DNA from: Blastocystis sp. Blastoise | Taxonomy: Eukaryota; Protista; Bigyra: Opalinata | DNA length: 64,000 nucleotides | Direction: 5' to 3' | Assembly: GCA_039096225.1 (NCBI GenBank) | Contig: JBBPEB010000033.1 | Coordinates: 248,001 to 312,000 of the forward strand | Made by a program: the position numbers and the translations under genes | Shown: one piece after another, positions 43,751 through 63,984 of the stretch | How positions within the stretch are numbered: the stretch's first letter is position 1 | How the letters are laid out: every line of letters starts with the position of its first letter | The notes under the pieces: generated by a model | Database searches by the model: none | The model's input: the letters and a program-made list of their open reading frames with translations, nothing else | Told to the model about the DNA's origin: nothing

Positions 43751-44862
43751 ATGGTAGACCCTACTGTAAGTAATAAAGTACTTATTACTAAACTTTCAAG
43801 CTTTGTCGATGTCTTCTTTCAAAAGAAATTAGCTGAAATCAATAAATTACGAGATTCTGTGATTTCATCAATTGGCCAACCTGATGAAAATATGTTACAA
43901 TTGAAAAATGAATTTATTCAAATCATTGATTCTTTAAAGTCGTCTTTCACTGATATGTTTGATACTCTCCTAGAAAACAAACACGAACTAGTTGATAGTG
44001 ATTATTTAAATATGAATAAATATTTAAATATAGGTACATTTATCTTCCAAGAAGAAACTCATAAGTTTCAAATAGAAGAGTCAGTTCTAATGAAGTTCCC
44101 AACAAGTCTATTTACTGAATATTATCAAAATGAGGATATATTGAATGATGATGGAACCATTTTTATAGATCATAGTGAAGAATATTTTCCTATTATATTA
44201 GAATATATGAAAACAAATAAGTTAGATTTTGGATCTTATTCAACAGGTATACAATATCATATTTATTATGATCTTGTTTTTTATAATTTACCCATTCCTA
44301 GTTCTATTTTGAAATACAATCTCATAGAGAAAGTTCAAAATGAATGGAATAAGCCATTGTTTAATTTTAAAATAAATAAAAGGCGGTATTTAATAAAGAG
44401 ATCATTATTGGAACGATATAAAATTCACGATAGTTACTTTCAACAAGTGACTCCTCAAGATTGTTATTATGATTATGATTCGAATACATTTATACGAAAA
44501 GATCCTGTGCGTTATTTTGAATATATTTATCAATATATAACTGAAGGTGATATACGATTGACTGAAAAAGATTCATCACCAGAAACTCTGAAATTAATTC
44601 AGACGGATTTCAGTTCGTTTTCAATCACACCTCTTCAATATATATGGACAAAATATTTAACTGACACCCTTTCAAAGTTCCCTGACACGTGCTTATTGAA
44701 TGAGAAATGCAGGCGATGCCTTATAAAATGGTGCGGAAATGACAAACAATGGAGACTTCTCTATCGGTATAGATTTTTTATTATTAGTTTATTTTTATTA
44801 TAAATGTTTATTATTATGTTTATTATTATATGTTTATTATATGTTTATTATGTGTATTTTTG

Positions 44863-44957
<95 letters not shown>

Positions 44958-45638
44958 CTTATTATTATTATATATTATATATATTATTATTATTATATAT
45001 ATTATTATTATTACTCTATATAGTGCTTCTCGAGATGGATATAAAGCTTCTGACTTTCACTCTCGATGTGATTCCCGTGGGGAAACGATCGTTGTTATTT
45101 GTTCAGAAGATTTGGAAAAGAAAGAATGTCTTTTTGGAGGATACAATAATACAAGTTGGGATTCTACAAGTATGATATATATATATATATATATATTAAC
45201 AATATTTATGAATCTTTCTAGATATATATATATTTGTAATAATATATCTCTATTCATATATATAACATATATATAGATTTACTATATAAATATATGTATA
45301 TATATATATAATCTATTTCAATAGATACCTTTTTATATGACAATGAGTCCTTCTTATTCACACTTATAAATCCTCATCACACTCGTCCAACTCGATTTGC
45401 CTGTCGTAATCCGTACAAAGCGTTATATGGCGATTCACACTGTGGTCCTGTGTACGGTTGTGGGGATCTGCACATTGCTGACAAATGCAATCGAACTATT
45501 GGGGGATGGACTCATTTAGATGGAACATTATCTTATTGTAATTCTACTGAATATAAGAAAAGTTTGTTTGTAAATACAGCTGCTGTTGACCAACGAAATG
45601 ATTTCTTTGTTAAAGATATTGAAGTATTTGGAAGGTAA
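43751..45638 (+). CDS. BTB/POZ (KCTD-like) plus TLDc domain protein
   Basis: IFIDHSEEYFPIILEYMKT (BTB), WRLLY.ASRDGYKASDFHSRCDSRGETIVVI...FGGY...SW...SFLFTL...GPVYGCGDL...KDIEVF (TLDc). Confidence 0.88.
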
Positions 45639-46457
45639 TTATTCTTATATATAATACAAGTATGAATGTATATAACAAAAGAATTCTATTATTGTCATTT
45701 TGTTTTATTTGATTATCATTAATATATTTATGTTATTTGGGTTTGATACAAAATAATTTATTTTGTTATAATAAAAGTTTTAATTTATATTAATCAAAAG
45801 TTATGTGGATAAGGAAATGGTTTATTTTTGAAAAGCAAAGGTGTTTCATTTTATTAAAAACTAAATATATAAAAATATATTAATTCTTTTTTTAAATCTA
45901 GTACATAATTCAAAGATAATTAGAATGATGATGATTTGAAAAATAAAATTGTACAATAATGTTTTGATGAATTTATATAAACAAGAACAAAATAACAAAA
46001 AGGATATGTTTCAAACAGTAGACAAGTAGAAGAACAATGAAGACAATAATATGCAATAAGTTAAAAAATCTTAGATGTTTATAGATAATGAATAATTGAA
46101 AAAAAGATGTGTATATATAATGAATGGCAAGTTTCTTGAAGTAATTGTTGTGGAGAAAAAAAGAATAAGAATATAAGAATAAGAATAATATACATATAAG
46201 GTAATAGAAATAGATGAAGAAAACCATGCTATTTTTGTATATAGAATATATAGTGTATAGATATTAAATAAGATGAGAACAGAAAAGAAGAAGATATATA
46301 TATATTATATATATATAGCCATTCATATATATTTAGATAAAGCAGTAATGAGTTATAAATAAAGAACAGAAGAGAAGACCAATATAAAAGATAAAGCAAA
46401 AAGATACTACAGCTAAGGATACAAATAACATGGATCACGTGATGAGAAGACCATCAT

Positions 46458-47898
<1,441 letters not shown>

Positions 47899-48822
47899 CT
47901 TATTATGAAATAATAATATAATTCAACACTATAAAATAGAGAGAAAGAAAAGTCAACATCTCCAAATTAAGAAACCGACTCCAACCTTTTAAAAGTTCCA
48001 TGGTTTTTGGGAATATTGTGACGAAGGATGTGACATTAGATCTTCTACTATTCAATGCCTACAAAGTGAATAAATGAAAAGATCTCCAATTAAACGAAGA
48101 ATATTAACGGGGAAACGGACAAATAGATTTTTATTGTTGTCTAAATGAAGAAGAAGTGATTTTTTGTAAAGATGACACAATCATTTGTCATCGAAAACAG
48201 AATAGGAAATTGACTTCAAGAAATTAGTGTTCCCACGGGAATGATATCGAGAAACAGAGAAAAGTCGAATTTTGATCATTGAAAAATAATAAATGTTTGC
48301 TTAGAATTATGTTATCTGTGTACTGACACAACCTAATGACAAATGATTAATAATAACCTATTTGAAGTTCTTCCAACATATATAGTTCTTTATTTTCATT
48401 TATACCAACGACTACAGCATAATGGAAAGATAAATGTAGTATAGGATACAATAGATGAACACCATTGCTCCTTTAACATAATTTTGATGTTAACATGTAA
48501 TAATTCATTATATTAATTATTCAGAATTAACACAGAAACACAAGATGACGTTTTTTTAAACAAACAGTACTTTATATTATGAGAAAAATGGTTATTTCAA
48601 AAATGTCAAAATTGGGACATATAGGCTTATAACTTTTAAACAAAACATAATAAATATGAAATACTAGAGAAATTGATATAAAAAATTATTTATTGTATAA
48701 AACTCTAGACACTATTAAACCGAACGAATGGTCAGTTTTCAGCACAGCAGATAATTTGAATAATATAAAACAAATAAAATGATTGAAAAGGATATCATTG
48801 AAGAGAAAAATAGAATATAATT

Positions 48823-49244
48823 TTATACATGAACTGATTTTGACCCAATTGGTTTTTGATCACCGATGAATTTGACTTCTTTAGCTTTCATATTTTTCCA
48901 GACAATAAATAATACAACAGCTACAATAATAAGACCCACACCACATAAACAACATAAAACAATAATTCCCGTGAAATAAGGAGAACATCCATCATTTCCT
49001 GCATGAGTATATAAAGATCCATCTATCAAAATATCACCATTATCTATAATATATATATAAATAGTGCTTTATTTATTATAAGATTTATAATTGTTATAAA
49101 GACTATAGAAGTTGTCTAATTTCTATGTTATAGTTAAAACTATTAGTCAATATACCTGTAGATTCTAAAGTGACATAAGGATCTTCATATGTCATAGATT
49201 TGAATATATTTTGGAATTTAGAATCACATGTATATAAACTATAG

Positions 49245-49337
<93 letters not shown>

Positions 49338-49385
49338 GATAATAATAAGTATAATAATTATAATAATAATAATAATAAAACGACA

Positions 49386-49422
<37 letters not shown>

Positions 49423-50015
49423 TATAATTACTTGAAATCGATGAATTTTCCATCAGTCATTGTTGTGTTGCATGTCATAATTTTAGAACATTCTTTTGCA
49501 TCATAAATCATAATTCCAATACCCATAAAGTCAAGAGAATAAGAATCTATATATATAAAAGAATAAACAATAGTTCTACTATTTATTATAAAACAAAACA
49601 TATTTAAAGAGAATAGTTAAACAATTATATAAGACATATATATACTTGGAGGTGATTCAATAGGTGCTAAACGAGATCTATAAAAAAATATGATAAAACT
49701 ATTAAAATAATAATACCTAGTAACAGTTCCATATAATTTAGAGTTCTCACAATTGTTACCAATATAGAAAACATTAATATTCTGCAACATAATGGGAACA
49801 CCAAATTTATTGACAACAATACTGTATTCAATATCTATTTACGAGTTAATATGACTTTAATAATAAGGAGAATACTTTGTCCTTCAATTGAGCATTGATC
49901 TGAATACTCACCACACACTACATTTTAAATTAAAATAAAGTATTAATATGATACAAGCCGCTTGAGAAAGGATGCTGAATGCAAGAATCACAGTAATAAA
50001 AAGAAGAGATTTCAT
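48823..50015 (-). CDS. Type I membrane/surface protein, multi-exon
   Basis: Signal peptide MKSLLFITVILAFSILSQA, then LCGEYSDQC, a C-terminal TM (GIIVLCCLCGVGLIIVAVVLFIVW) and a basic tail. Confidence 0.7.
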
Positions 50016-50869
50016 AACCTTTGTAACTTACAATAAAATAAAAGTGATAAATAAGAGAATTCATAGAAGACAAAAAAGAATCTAAGGTAATTGGATTTGT
50101 TAGTGACATCAATAATTGTGTTGGATACGACAGAATATTTCATGTCAAGGTTGGATGAAGACGAATTCACGAGAAAATAGAATAATATAGTGTATTCTTC
50201 ATAACTTTCATAATTATTTTGTGGAGATGTCTCAATATGTTAGAAACCAATGTGATATACGAAGAAAATTAGCCAATAGAATGAGAGATCATTCCATTCT
50301 TTGTTGAGGGTGGAATGAAAAAGAGACATGAATGAAATGAGTATTTTTCATGTCTTTTTCATGATCATGAAAGAACTATTTAGGAGAGAATTTATGTGTA
50401 TTAAGTTTGGGAATATTAAAGCTAATTCAAGAATGAATATGAAGATCAAACAAAACACATTGAGTAGATTATTAATGATGTAGAAAAAAGTAGAAAAATA
50501 AAGTTGTGAAAAAAGAAATAACAAATATATACAAAAACTCATATTGAAGACAATTTATATTTAGATAATTATGTCTTTTCAATGAAAAACAAGACAAACA
50601 AAATAATAATAAATATATATATATAGTTTTTATATAAAAAGAAATTTTGATATATAAATAGAATACATAAGAATTAATAAATAAATAAAAAAGTAGATTA
50701 TCCTAAATGTTTATAAAAACTAGCAAGTATATATAGAATATATAGAATATATATATAGAATATATAGAATATAATATAGAATATATAAAATATATTATAG
50801 AATATATATTTAGAATATAGAAGATATCTAAAATATATCTAATATATATCTAATATATATAGAATATAC

Positions 50870-54750
<3,881 letters not shown>

Positions 54751-55843
54751 TTAAAAAAAAATAATGGTTCGTTACTGAAAGAAAGACGGATTTCCAGTCA
54801 TATTCAGAACTATTTAGTAGAGAATGGTTTATTCATTATATGTTCCTAAATATTCTGACAATGATGGAAGTATTCTATTTAATATACTTTAGATGCGCTT
54901 CTGTATCTTTGTATGGTAAAACCATGTGAATAAGTCATTGTGTTGAATTGAAATGGTAAGGTTTTTATTCATTTTGTGATATTTATTTTCTTATTTTTTT
55001 GTCAATGTCCTGTAATGTTTTATTAAGAGTCATGGATTATATTAATCAAGAGAAAGTCGTGAAATCTAAATTTCTTCTTCGGGGTGTGTATTGCTATTAT
55101 TTCCTCTTTGATAATCGATACAAAATAATAATAGGGCAAAATACGTGATTATTTGTATTACCCATTATGTTATTTATATAACTCGAAACCTGATTTTTCT
55201 TGACACTTCTTAAATACTTTAGAGAATGTGTTCTATGCATGTCAGTCGTTGAATGAATTTAGAAATCAAAAATATAGTACATGTTTTCAATGATATATCG
55301 TTAAGACAAGTGTTCAAGTCTATATTTTATTTAAAAAGGAGTTTCTTTATAAGATCAGATTTAAAAAGGAGTGAAATGGTTTCGCAATTATAAACAGAGA
55401 ATGAACTTGAAATGATAATAAAATATGAAGCATAGTAATAAGAGTTTAGTAAATGAATACACTAAAATAATAAATATTCCAGATTATGAGTAATAAAGTA
55501 GGTAGTTTTATGGATTTTTCATATTTGTTGGGGTTTGAGGAATCATGAGATGTAAAGAATAAATGTGTGGCTACAATACAAAATGATACAGATTGTGTCA
55601 TTCATTGAGAACTTCGTGTATCAAGAGATAACCATGGAAAACTTTGGAATTAATGAGGAGACATAGGCTATTCCCATGAGAATTGAGTTAAGTATTCAAT
55701 CTTCTAGAGAATCCAGTCATACTAAAGTTAACGGAGGTCAAAGAGAAAAGAATCATACCCAATAAAGAATTTATACAATCATTCTATAAATCACATTTAT
55801 TTTGTTTTTACTAAAGTTTTGTTTTCAAGAGAATTAATTTAAA

Positions 55844-57035
55844 ATGCCTATGAATAGTTTTGATTTTGTTAATCCCGTTCGTATTGTCTTTGGAAAAGGT
55901 CAAATTGCTAAGCTTGCTACTTACATTCCTGAAGGAAAGAAGGTTCTTGTTACTTATGGTGGTGGTTCCATTAAGAGAAATGGTGTTTATGATCAAGTTA
56001 TGACTGCTCTTAAGGATCATGAAGTCAAAGAATTTGGAGGTATTGAATCTAATCCTGATTATGATACTTTAATGAAGGCTGTTGCTATTCTTAAGGAGAT
56101 GGGAACTGAAGAGACTGTTATTCTTTCTGTTGGTGGTGGTTCCGTAGCTGATGGTTCTAAATTTATTGCTGCTGCTGCTGTTTACAAGCATTCTGAGAAT
56201 ACTTGGGAAATCCTTGAAACTGGTGCTAAGTATGTCAAGGAAAGTGTTCCTTTATATGTAGTTATTACTCTTCCTGCTGTAAGTTTTTTAATATATATAT
56301 TCATTATTTTTTTATTTTGATAAATATAGACTGGTTCTGAAATGAACAATACTGCCGTTATTAGTTACAGAGCTAAGAATGTATATTTTTAATTTTTTTT
56401 TTTTTAAATAAAACCATTTTTTGATAAATAATATATATATATAGCTTAAGCTTGCTTTTGCTACTGATATTGTATATCCTGTAGTATCTATCTTAGATCC
56501 TGAAACTACTCTTTCTCTTCCTACTAATCAAACTGCCAATGGTGTTGTTGATTCTATTGTTCATGTTTTAGAACAATATTGTACTTATCCTATGGGTATA
56601 TTATATATCTTTTATTTATTTAATTATTATTATTATTATTTATTATATATTTATATTATTATATATTTATATTATATATTTATATTATTATATATATATA
56701 TGTTATTATATATAGATGCTGAAGTTCAAGATAGATATGCTGAAGGTCTTCTTATTACTTTAATTGAAAGTGTATTTATATTGAATTTATTCACTCTATA
56801 TATATATATACTCTTCTATACTCTATATTCTTCTATATATATAGGGTAAGAAAGTCATGGAGAATCCTAAGGATCTTAATGCTAGAGCTAATATTATGTG
56901 GGCTGCTACTCAAGCTCTTAATAAGTGGATTGCTCAAGGTGTAGTTGAAGATTGGGCTACTCATATGATTGGGCATGAACTTACTGCTAGTATTGGTCTT
57001 GCTCATGCTGAAACTCTTGCTTGTATTCAACTATA

Positions 57036-57083
<48 letters not shown>

Positions 57084-57633
57084 AATAATAACTAACTAAT
57101 ATCTATTATAGCCTCGTGTTTTTGCTTTCAATTTTGAAAGTAAGAAAGCTAAACTTGCTCAAATGGCTGAACGTGTCTTTAATGTTACTGGTATATATTA
57201 TTATGATTAATATATTATTATATATAACTATATATATTATTATGATTAATGCATTATTATATATAACTATATATATTATTATGATTAATATATTATTATA
57301 TAACTATATATATTATATGATTAATGTATTATTATATATAACTATATGTATTATTATACCACAATAATAATTATTATTTAAATATTAAAATTATGACAAT
57401 TTTATTTAGAAGGTGATGTTGATGCTAAAGCTAAGAAATGTATGGAACTCTTATTTGATTTCTATGAAAATACTATGAAGGTTCCTACTCGTATTTCTAA
57501 GTATTCTTGCTCTCAAGATAAAGCTTGGATTGATCGTGTCTGTGAAAGATTCACTGAACAAGGAGTTAAACTTGGTGAATTAGGCAACATTTTACCTGAA
57601 AATGTAAAACAAATTATTCTTGATAGTTATTAA
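55844..57633 (+). CDS. Iron-containing NAD(P)H-dependent alcohol/butanol dehydrogenase (YqhD/Bdh-like), 7 exons
   Basis: FDFVNPVRIVFGKGQI, VLVTYGGGSIKRNGVYDQV, FGGIESNP, VGGGSVADGSK, LPATGSEMN, DSIVHVLEQY, DWATHMIGHELTA...HAETLA. Confidence 0.95.
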
Positions 57634-57831
57634 AGACTCTATCTTTTGAATGATATATCTTTTAAAAGGAATTTGGTTTCTTAGGAGTCTAACTATTTTT
57701 ATTTGTTAACTATTTTTTTATGAATAACAAAACAAATAAAATTGATAAAAACAATGAACAAGCATTAACATCTAATATAGAAAGATTATAATGGTACAAA
57801 AGAAGAAACATTTTTTTTTATTTATTTTTCC

Positions 57832-58254
57832 TTACGCATACCAAGGGAAAGGTTGTTGGCTTTCAACAGCAGATCTAGCATCAAAATTAATAGGATGACC
57901 TTCAAGATCAAATAAAATGAAAGTAGGAATACTTTGAACACCATATTCATTCATAATTTCTTCACGAAGACTCTCACTATATTTAATAGCATACCAAGGC
58001 ATACCTTCATAATACTCATTAAAACTATGTTCATCACTATCTAAAGAACAGAATATAATTCTTAAAGGCTTATTTTCTTCTTTTAAAGCATTATAAGTTT
58101 TTCTTAATAAAGGAGTAAATCTACGACAAGGAGGACACCAATGAGCAGAAAAATAAATACCAATGAAGTTATCCTTAAGAGAATCTATACTAACTTCACC
58201 TTCATGAGAGATAAGTTTGTTTTCAAAGACTTTTATATTAAGATCAGAAACCAT
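57832..58254 (-). CDS. Nucleoredoxin/tryparedoxin-like thioredoxin
   Basis: IGIYFSAHWCPPCRRFTP...SLDSDEHSFNEYYEGMPW...VQSIPT...FPW. Confidence 0.93.
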   Translation of the reverse strand: MVSDLNIKVFENKLISHEGEVSIDSLKDNFIGIYFSAHWCPPCRRFTPLLRKTYNALKEENKPLRIIFCSLDSDEHSFNEYYEGMPWYAIKYSESLREEIMNEYGVQSIPTFILFDLEGHPINFDARSAVESQQPFPWYA

Positions 58255-59196
58255 TTTTATTATTTAATATTACTTTTTTGTTATTTATAAATAAATATTT
58301 TATGAGAAAATATCATAAGTTATTTTCAATCATTTAAAAAAGAAGAAATATCTGTACCCAAAAAAGCTTTGGAGCCAATGGAGATACAAAAGAGAATTGT
58401 GTCCAATATATTTGTTCAAAACTTTGTTATCAGTATACTCATTTACCCTAAAGTGACCGAGGAGAATCGCGGGGATTCTTCTGAAAACTAAAAACCCCAA
58501 ACTTTTTAGTTTGTATTCAAATGATTTCATCTTGTGAGTGCACAAATGTTTCTTGAATACTTCTTAAGAATATTCAATATAGATCAAAAGAAATATCTAT
58601 GAAAGAATAACTTGATTCTAAATAAAAGAAGAAATGTTCCCAACATTATGACGATCAACTCCTGGATTCATTATAAAATGAATGACTTATGATATATTAT
58701 AGTTGAATTTATGAAAAATACATGAATTATTAGATATGAAGAATAGATTCATTGATCGTGATACAATCTTAAAGAGATTTTATTCATGCGATAGTTTTTT
58801 AAATGTTTATGAGCTCAGTTAATATAGATTAGAAGTTCATAATAAAAAAAGAAAGTGAAAAAATGCAATTAGACTTCTTTTAATGGATAGCACGAAAAAA
58901 ATGCATCTAATTATAATATACTTTATATTCTATATGATGATTCGCAGCTAACAATCATTTTATTTTTATTTATAGAAACAATTTACCATTTTATATGTGT
59001 TGTGTTGAAATAAATGTTGAAATTTTCTTGTTTTAAACAAACTCAACAACAATTATGGATTATTCATATATTGTAATTAATATCAAATAATATGTATAGC
59101 AGACAACACACACATAAACAACAAATAAATAGTATTTAAAGGAAAAGCAGAAAAAAACAAAAGGAGAATGTTAAAAGATAAAAATATAATTTAAAT

Positions 59197-59737
59197 TTAA
59201 AAAATAGAGCATCCATAACTTTCAGAACCATCATCTACCCAAGGGAAACCATTAGGATTGCTTTCTACAGCATCTCTGGCATGAAGATTAATAACAGCAC
59301 CAGAAGGATCAATCATTACAAAAGTAGGTATAGAACTGACGTTGAACATAGATGCTAATTTTTGACGAGCAGGAGAATCATAAGGAATAGCTAACCAAGG
59401 CATACTATCAAAGTATTCTTGGAAACTATGAAGATCACTATCTGAAGAAACAAAGATGATTTCAAAGTTCTTTCCTTGTTGAATTAAAGAATTGTATGTT
59501 TTTCTTAAAGTAGGAGTGAAACGACGACAAGGAGGACACCAATGAGCACTATAAAACAATAAATGATATATTTTATTTTAAAGAATAAGAAAAAAAAATT
59601 GATTATCTGTATCGTAAAGTTGTATATGCATACGAGAAATAAACACCAATATATTTTCCTTTTAAAGTATCAGGACTGACAATTCCTTGAGAAGATTGTA
59701 AAGAATCTCCAAGAACAGTTAAATCAAGAGAAGACAT
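59197..59737 (-). CDS. Nucleoredoxin/tryparedoxin-like thioredoxin, 2 exons, C-terminal CSIF
   Basis: MSSLDLTVLGD...GKYIGVYFS|AHWCPPCRRFTP...FPWVDDGSESYGCSIF*. Confidence 0.93.
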
Positions 59738-60092
59738 AATGTAATTTTATAGGTAAAACGAAACTAATAAATAAATAATTTTATGAGGAATCTGATATGA
59801 TTATTAATTTAATACGTCATTGTATCCAGATGGTCTTTCTTCTGTTTCCAGAATTTCGATTCGTTTGCTTACAAACTTGCTTTTTCCTATAAATCTCTCT
59901 AAAGAATTTCTAATATAGCAATTGCTCTTTGTTTTCTTAGCAAATTTTCTATTTGCGAGGAATGCCATAAATTCGTGATTATTTTGGAAATCCTTGAGAA
60001 TTCGTCATGGAAATCGTTGGATTTTTTTTCTTCTTATCGAAAGAGAGTTTTCAAAAATAGTTGTTTTCTTATAAAAGTTTATACAATACACT

Positions 60093-62344
60093 ATGTCTCT
60101 TTTAAAAACATTACCTAAAGATCAAGCTGGTATGGATTATCTATTTTAAAATTAGATTTTATTTTTTTTTATAGAAGAGCTTCAATCATTATGCATTAAA
60201 CCTATGAGCGCTCTTAAGCAAAAATATATTGATGAAATGAGATCTAAGGTTGCTGAAGATATTGCCAAAGATTCTTATCCTGATTATATTACTTGTGATA
60301 TTGAATTATTACGTTTCTTAAGAGGTTATCTTTGGAATATGGATGAAGCTATTCAGAAATATCGTGACATGTTGAAATGGAGAAGTGATAATCATATTAA
60401 TGATTATATTAAAGAAGTTGATGCTACTGGAAATGATCCTATGAAAGTCCCTCTCTCTGAAGTCTTTAATGAGTATTTTTAAACATTTTTTTCTGTTTTA
60501 TTTTTATTTATTTTTTAATATTTATTTTTAAAAAATATATTTATTTATTTATATTAATATTTTTATATCTATAACTATTTTGCTATATTAATATATCTTT
60601 TCATAAGAAGAATCACATACTATATATATTTATTTTTAATAGTATTATGAAGAGTAATTATTCCCACGGGACTGATAAAGAAGGAAGAATCTTTGATATT
60701 CGTATGATGGGTAAAACAGACGTCAGCGCCTTCTTAAAACAACCTATTGAAGATGTTGTCAAATATAACGTTTATATTCTTGTATATATATATATATTAA
60801 TGAAATATTATTTTGAATTTTTCTTCATATTTTTTTATATTGATTATTTTAATTTCTTTTTCATGATTGTTATAATAATAATTAGAATTATTGTGATATT
60901 ATAATATAAATAATAATAATTTTGTAATAATAATATACTATAATAATATATAATATATATACTATAATAATATATAATAATATACTATAATAATATATAT
61001 ATTATACTCTAGGAATGGCGTATTCGTTTATTTAATAAATTGAGTGCTGAAAGTGGTCAATTAATTCGAATGGTCGCTATCCAAGATATTGGCGGAGTTG
61101 GTCTTAACTTTGTCTCCAAGTATATATATATATATATATATTCATTTTTATTCTTTTTATTCTATTTATTTTAATAGATATACTATATATTATTTATTTT
61201 ATATTTAATATTTTTTTATTTGTTATCTTTTTTATTTTATATATCCTTATTATATATATATAGTACCTTAATAAGTTATTTCAAAGCTATTTCTCATGTT
61301 ACTTCTGATAATTATCCTGAAACTATGCACAAGTATATATATATATATTCTAAATAATTAAATGTATTAATAACATATATATATAAATAATAATAATAAT
61401 ATTCATATAGATCTTTTATTATTAATATTCCTTATGTGTTTACTACTCTTTGGGGTCTTGTGAAGCCTTTCCTCCATGAGCGTACAGTTAAGAAGATCTC
61501 TATATATAGTAATGATTATTATAAAGATCTCTATGAATATGTAGATACGAAATATATACCTGTATATATATAGTATTATAGGATTATTATGTGATTTATA
61601 TATATATTATGAAGAATATATGTATATTTATATAATTATATTATTATGTATTATATATATTAATATATATATATTTACTGTCTCTTCTCTTTAGGGTATT
61701 TATGGTGGTATTTGTCCTCATACCGGAAAGGAATGTATTCCTGGATATGAAGCTGATGGATATACTTATGTATATATATATATAGAGTATAACTTATATG
61801 ATTATTATATTATATATTAAATTATATAATTATATTATTATATTATATAATAGCATTATATATAATATGATTATATATATAGTTTAATGTTCCTAAGGGT
61901 ATTGTTCATGTCCTTCCTATATCTATGGACAGAGAGACTCAAAAGACGTTGAACATGGATATTACTGTCAAGGATGGTGATATCGACTTATCGGCCTCTG
62001 TATTCTATAATGATAAAGAAGTCAAGGTATATATTTATTTATATATAATGAACAAAAATAAAATATCATTTTCATAATTATAATAATAACTATAATAATT
62101 AGAATCACTATAATAATAATAATAATAACTAAAATAACAACTATAATAATTAGAATAACTATAATAATAACTCTTATCACTATAGATTGGTAGTTGGGGT
62201 AAAGTCAAGTCTCATAAATATAGTTATACATTAGTACCTGAAGATTATGTTCCTGATTCTAAGATTGTTATTAAGATATCATTTAGTAACACTCATAGCT
62301 GGATGAATAGTAAAGATATTAAGGCAAAATTCACTTTTAACTAA
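60093..62344 (+). CDS. CRAL-TRIO/Sec14-like lipid-binding protein with GOLD-like C-terminal region
   Basis: LLRFLRGYLWN, MLKWR, HGTDKEGR, QDIGGVG, DNYPETMH..FIINIPYVFTTLWGLVKPFLHERTVKKI, YIPGIYGG, FSNTHSW. Confidence 0.9.
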
Positions 62345-62859
62345 TCAAATACTCTCTATCATTTTTATTTAATTAGGATTATTTTATTTTTGACATTTTT
62401 TCTACTGTTGTATTTATTTTTCTCTCTTTGTATATATATTTATATACTTTAAAAAATGTTTTTCTTCACTAAATGAAGTCATATTTTTTATTTTTTTATT
62501 TTGTTTAGTAACCATTCTTTATTATGAAAACATATGAAACTGAACACAACAAACTATATACACAAAATAACTACTTAACCTAGAATTTATATCAAGTTCT
62601 TCATCAATTTCAAATCATCATTAACTTATTTTTTTATATTTCAATTAAGTGAAATCTCAATAGACTTACTAACTTTATTATTAATATATAACTATATACA
62701 ATCAAAGAATACATCAAATAAACAATTTTTTTTACTGTTTTATTCAGAATTATAGTGAAACACAAATGGTTCTCCAAAAACCACATAAAAACGGCATGCA
62801 CAAAACCAAGAGAACTTGAGTTTTTAAAACATATTTATTCATTTACGTGCTTATTAAAC

Positions 62860-63931
62860 ATGAATAAGGAAGTTGTTTATGCTAGTATGTTATGAAACTA
62901 TATATAGTATACGTTGCTTTAGCTCTCGTCAACATTTTTGGTGGTTGTATCTATGGTTTCAACACTGGTATTGTTTCTGGATTAACTTATCCTCTTTTAA
63001 AATGCACTCTCGCTCACGATGAATGGAGTGCTGAAACTCTTTCCTTCTATCAAGGATTATTTAATGCTCTTCTTCTTGTTTTCGCTATTCCATCTTCTCC
63101 TATTTCTGTATGGATTGCTAAGAAATGGGGCTTAAAATGGGTATCTATATAAATTTTCATTAATAATTCTGAATTTTATGTCTATATTAATATAGTCTCT
63201 TATTGTCACTGGTATCATTGCTCTCATCTGTCCTCTTGCCATGATTGCTTATAGTAATTATTGGTATATGACAATCATTAGAGGATTTCTTGGTCTTGCT
63301 ATTGGTTTCACTTCTGCTATTTGTCCCATGTATTCTGCTACTATTGTTGAAGAAAAATATAAAGGAAAAGTCACTACCATTTTCCAATTATCTATTTGTG
63401 TCTCTATTTGCTTAGCTCAAGTATTTAATTTCTGTTTTACTCCTGCTTTTGATGATCATACCTGTACTCCTCTCTCTTTCTTCCAATATGCTATTCAACT
63501 TGGATTTGGGGCTGTTTTCGCTATTCTTCTTCTTATTACCATGATCTTTGCTCCTAATGCTTTCCGTATATATTATATTCTTTATATTCTATTTATAATA
63601 TTTTTTATTTTATATCATTTTTTTTTTCATTTTTTTTTTCATATTTTTTTCATATTAATGTTTATACTATTTATTTATAATATTAAAGGCTATATTTATG
63701 AAATCCTATATATTAATATATATATATATAGCTAGTAAGGGTAAAGTAGCTTCTTCTCTTTCTCTTCTTAAATCTGTTGATGGTAATAAATCCAGTAACT
63801 TATTTGCTAAGAGAGTATGTATTTTTATATATTTTAATATTATCATTTAAAATTATATATATATATATATATATATAGAACTTTAAATGGTTATGTTTCT
63901 CTTTCATGTTAGCTGTTATGAACCAACTTAC

Positions 63932-63984
<53 letters not shown>

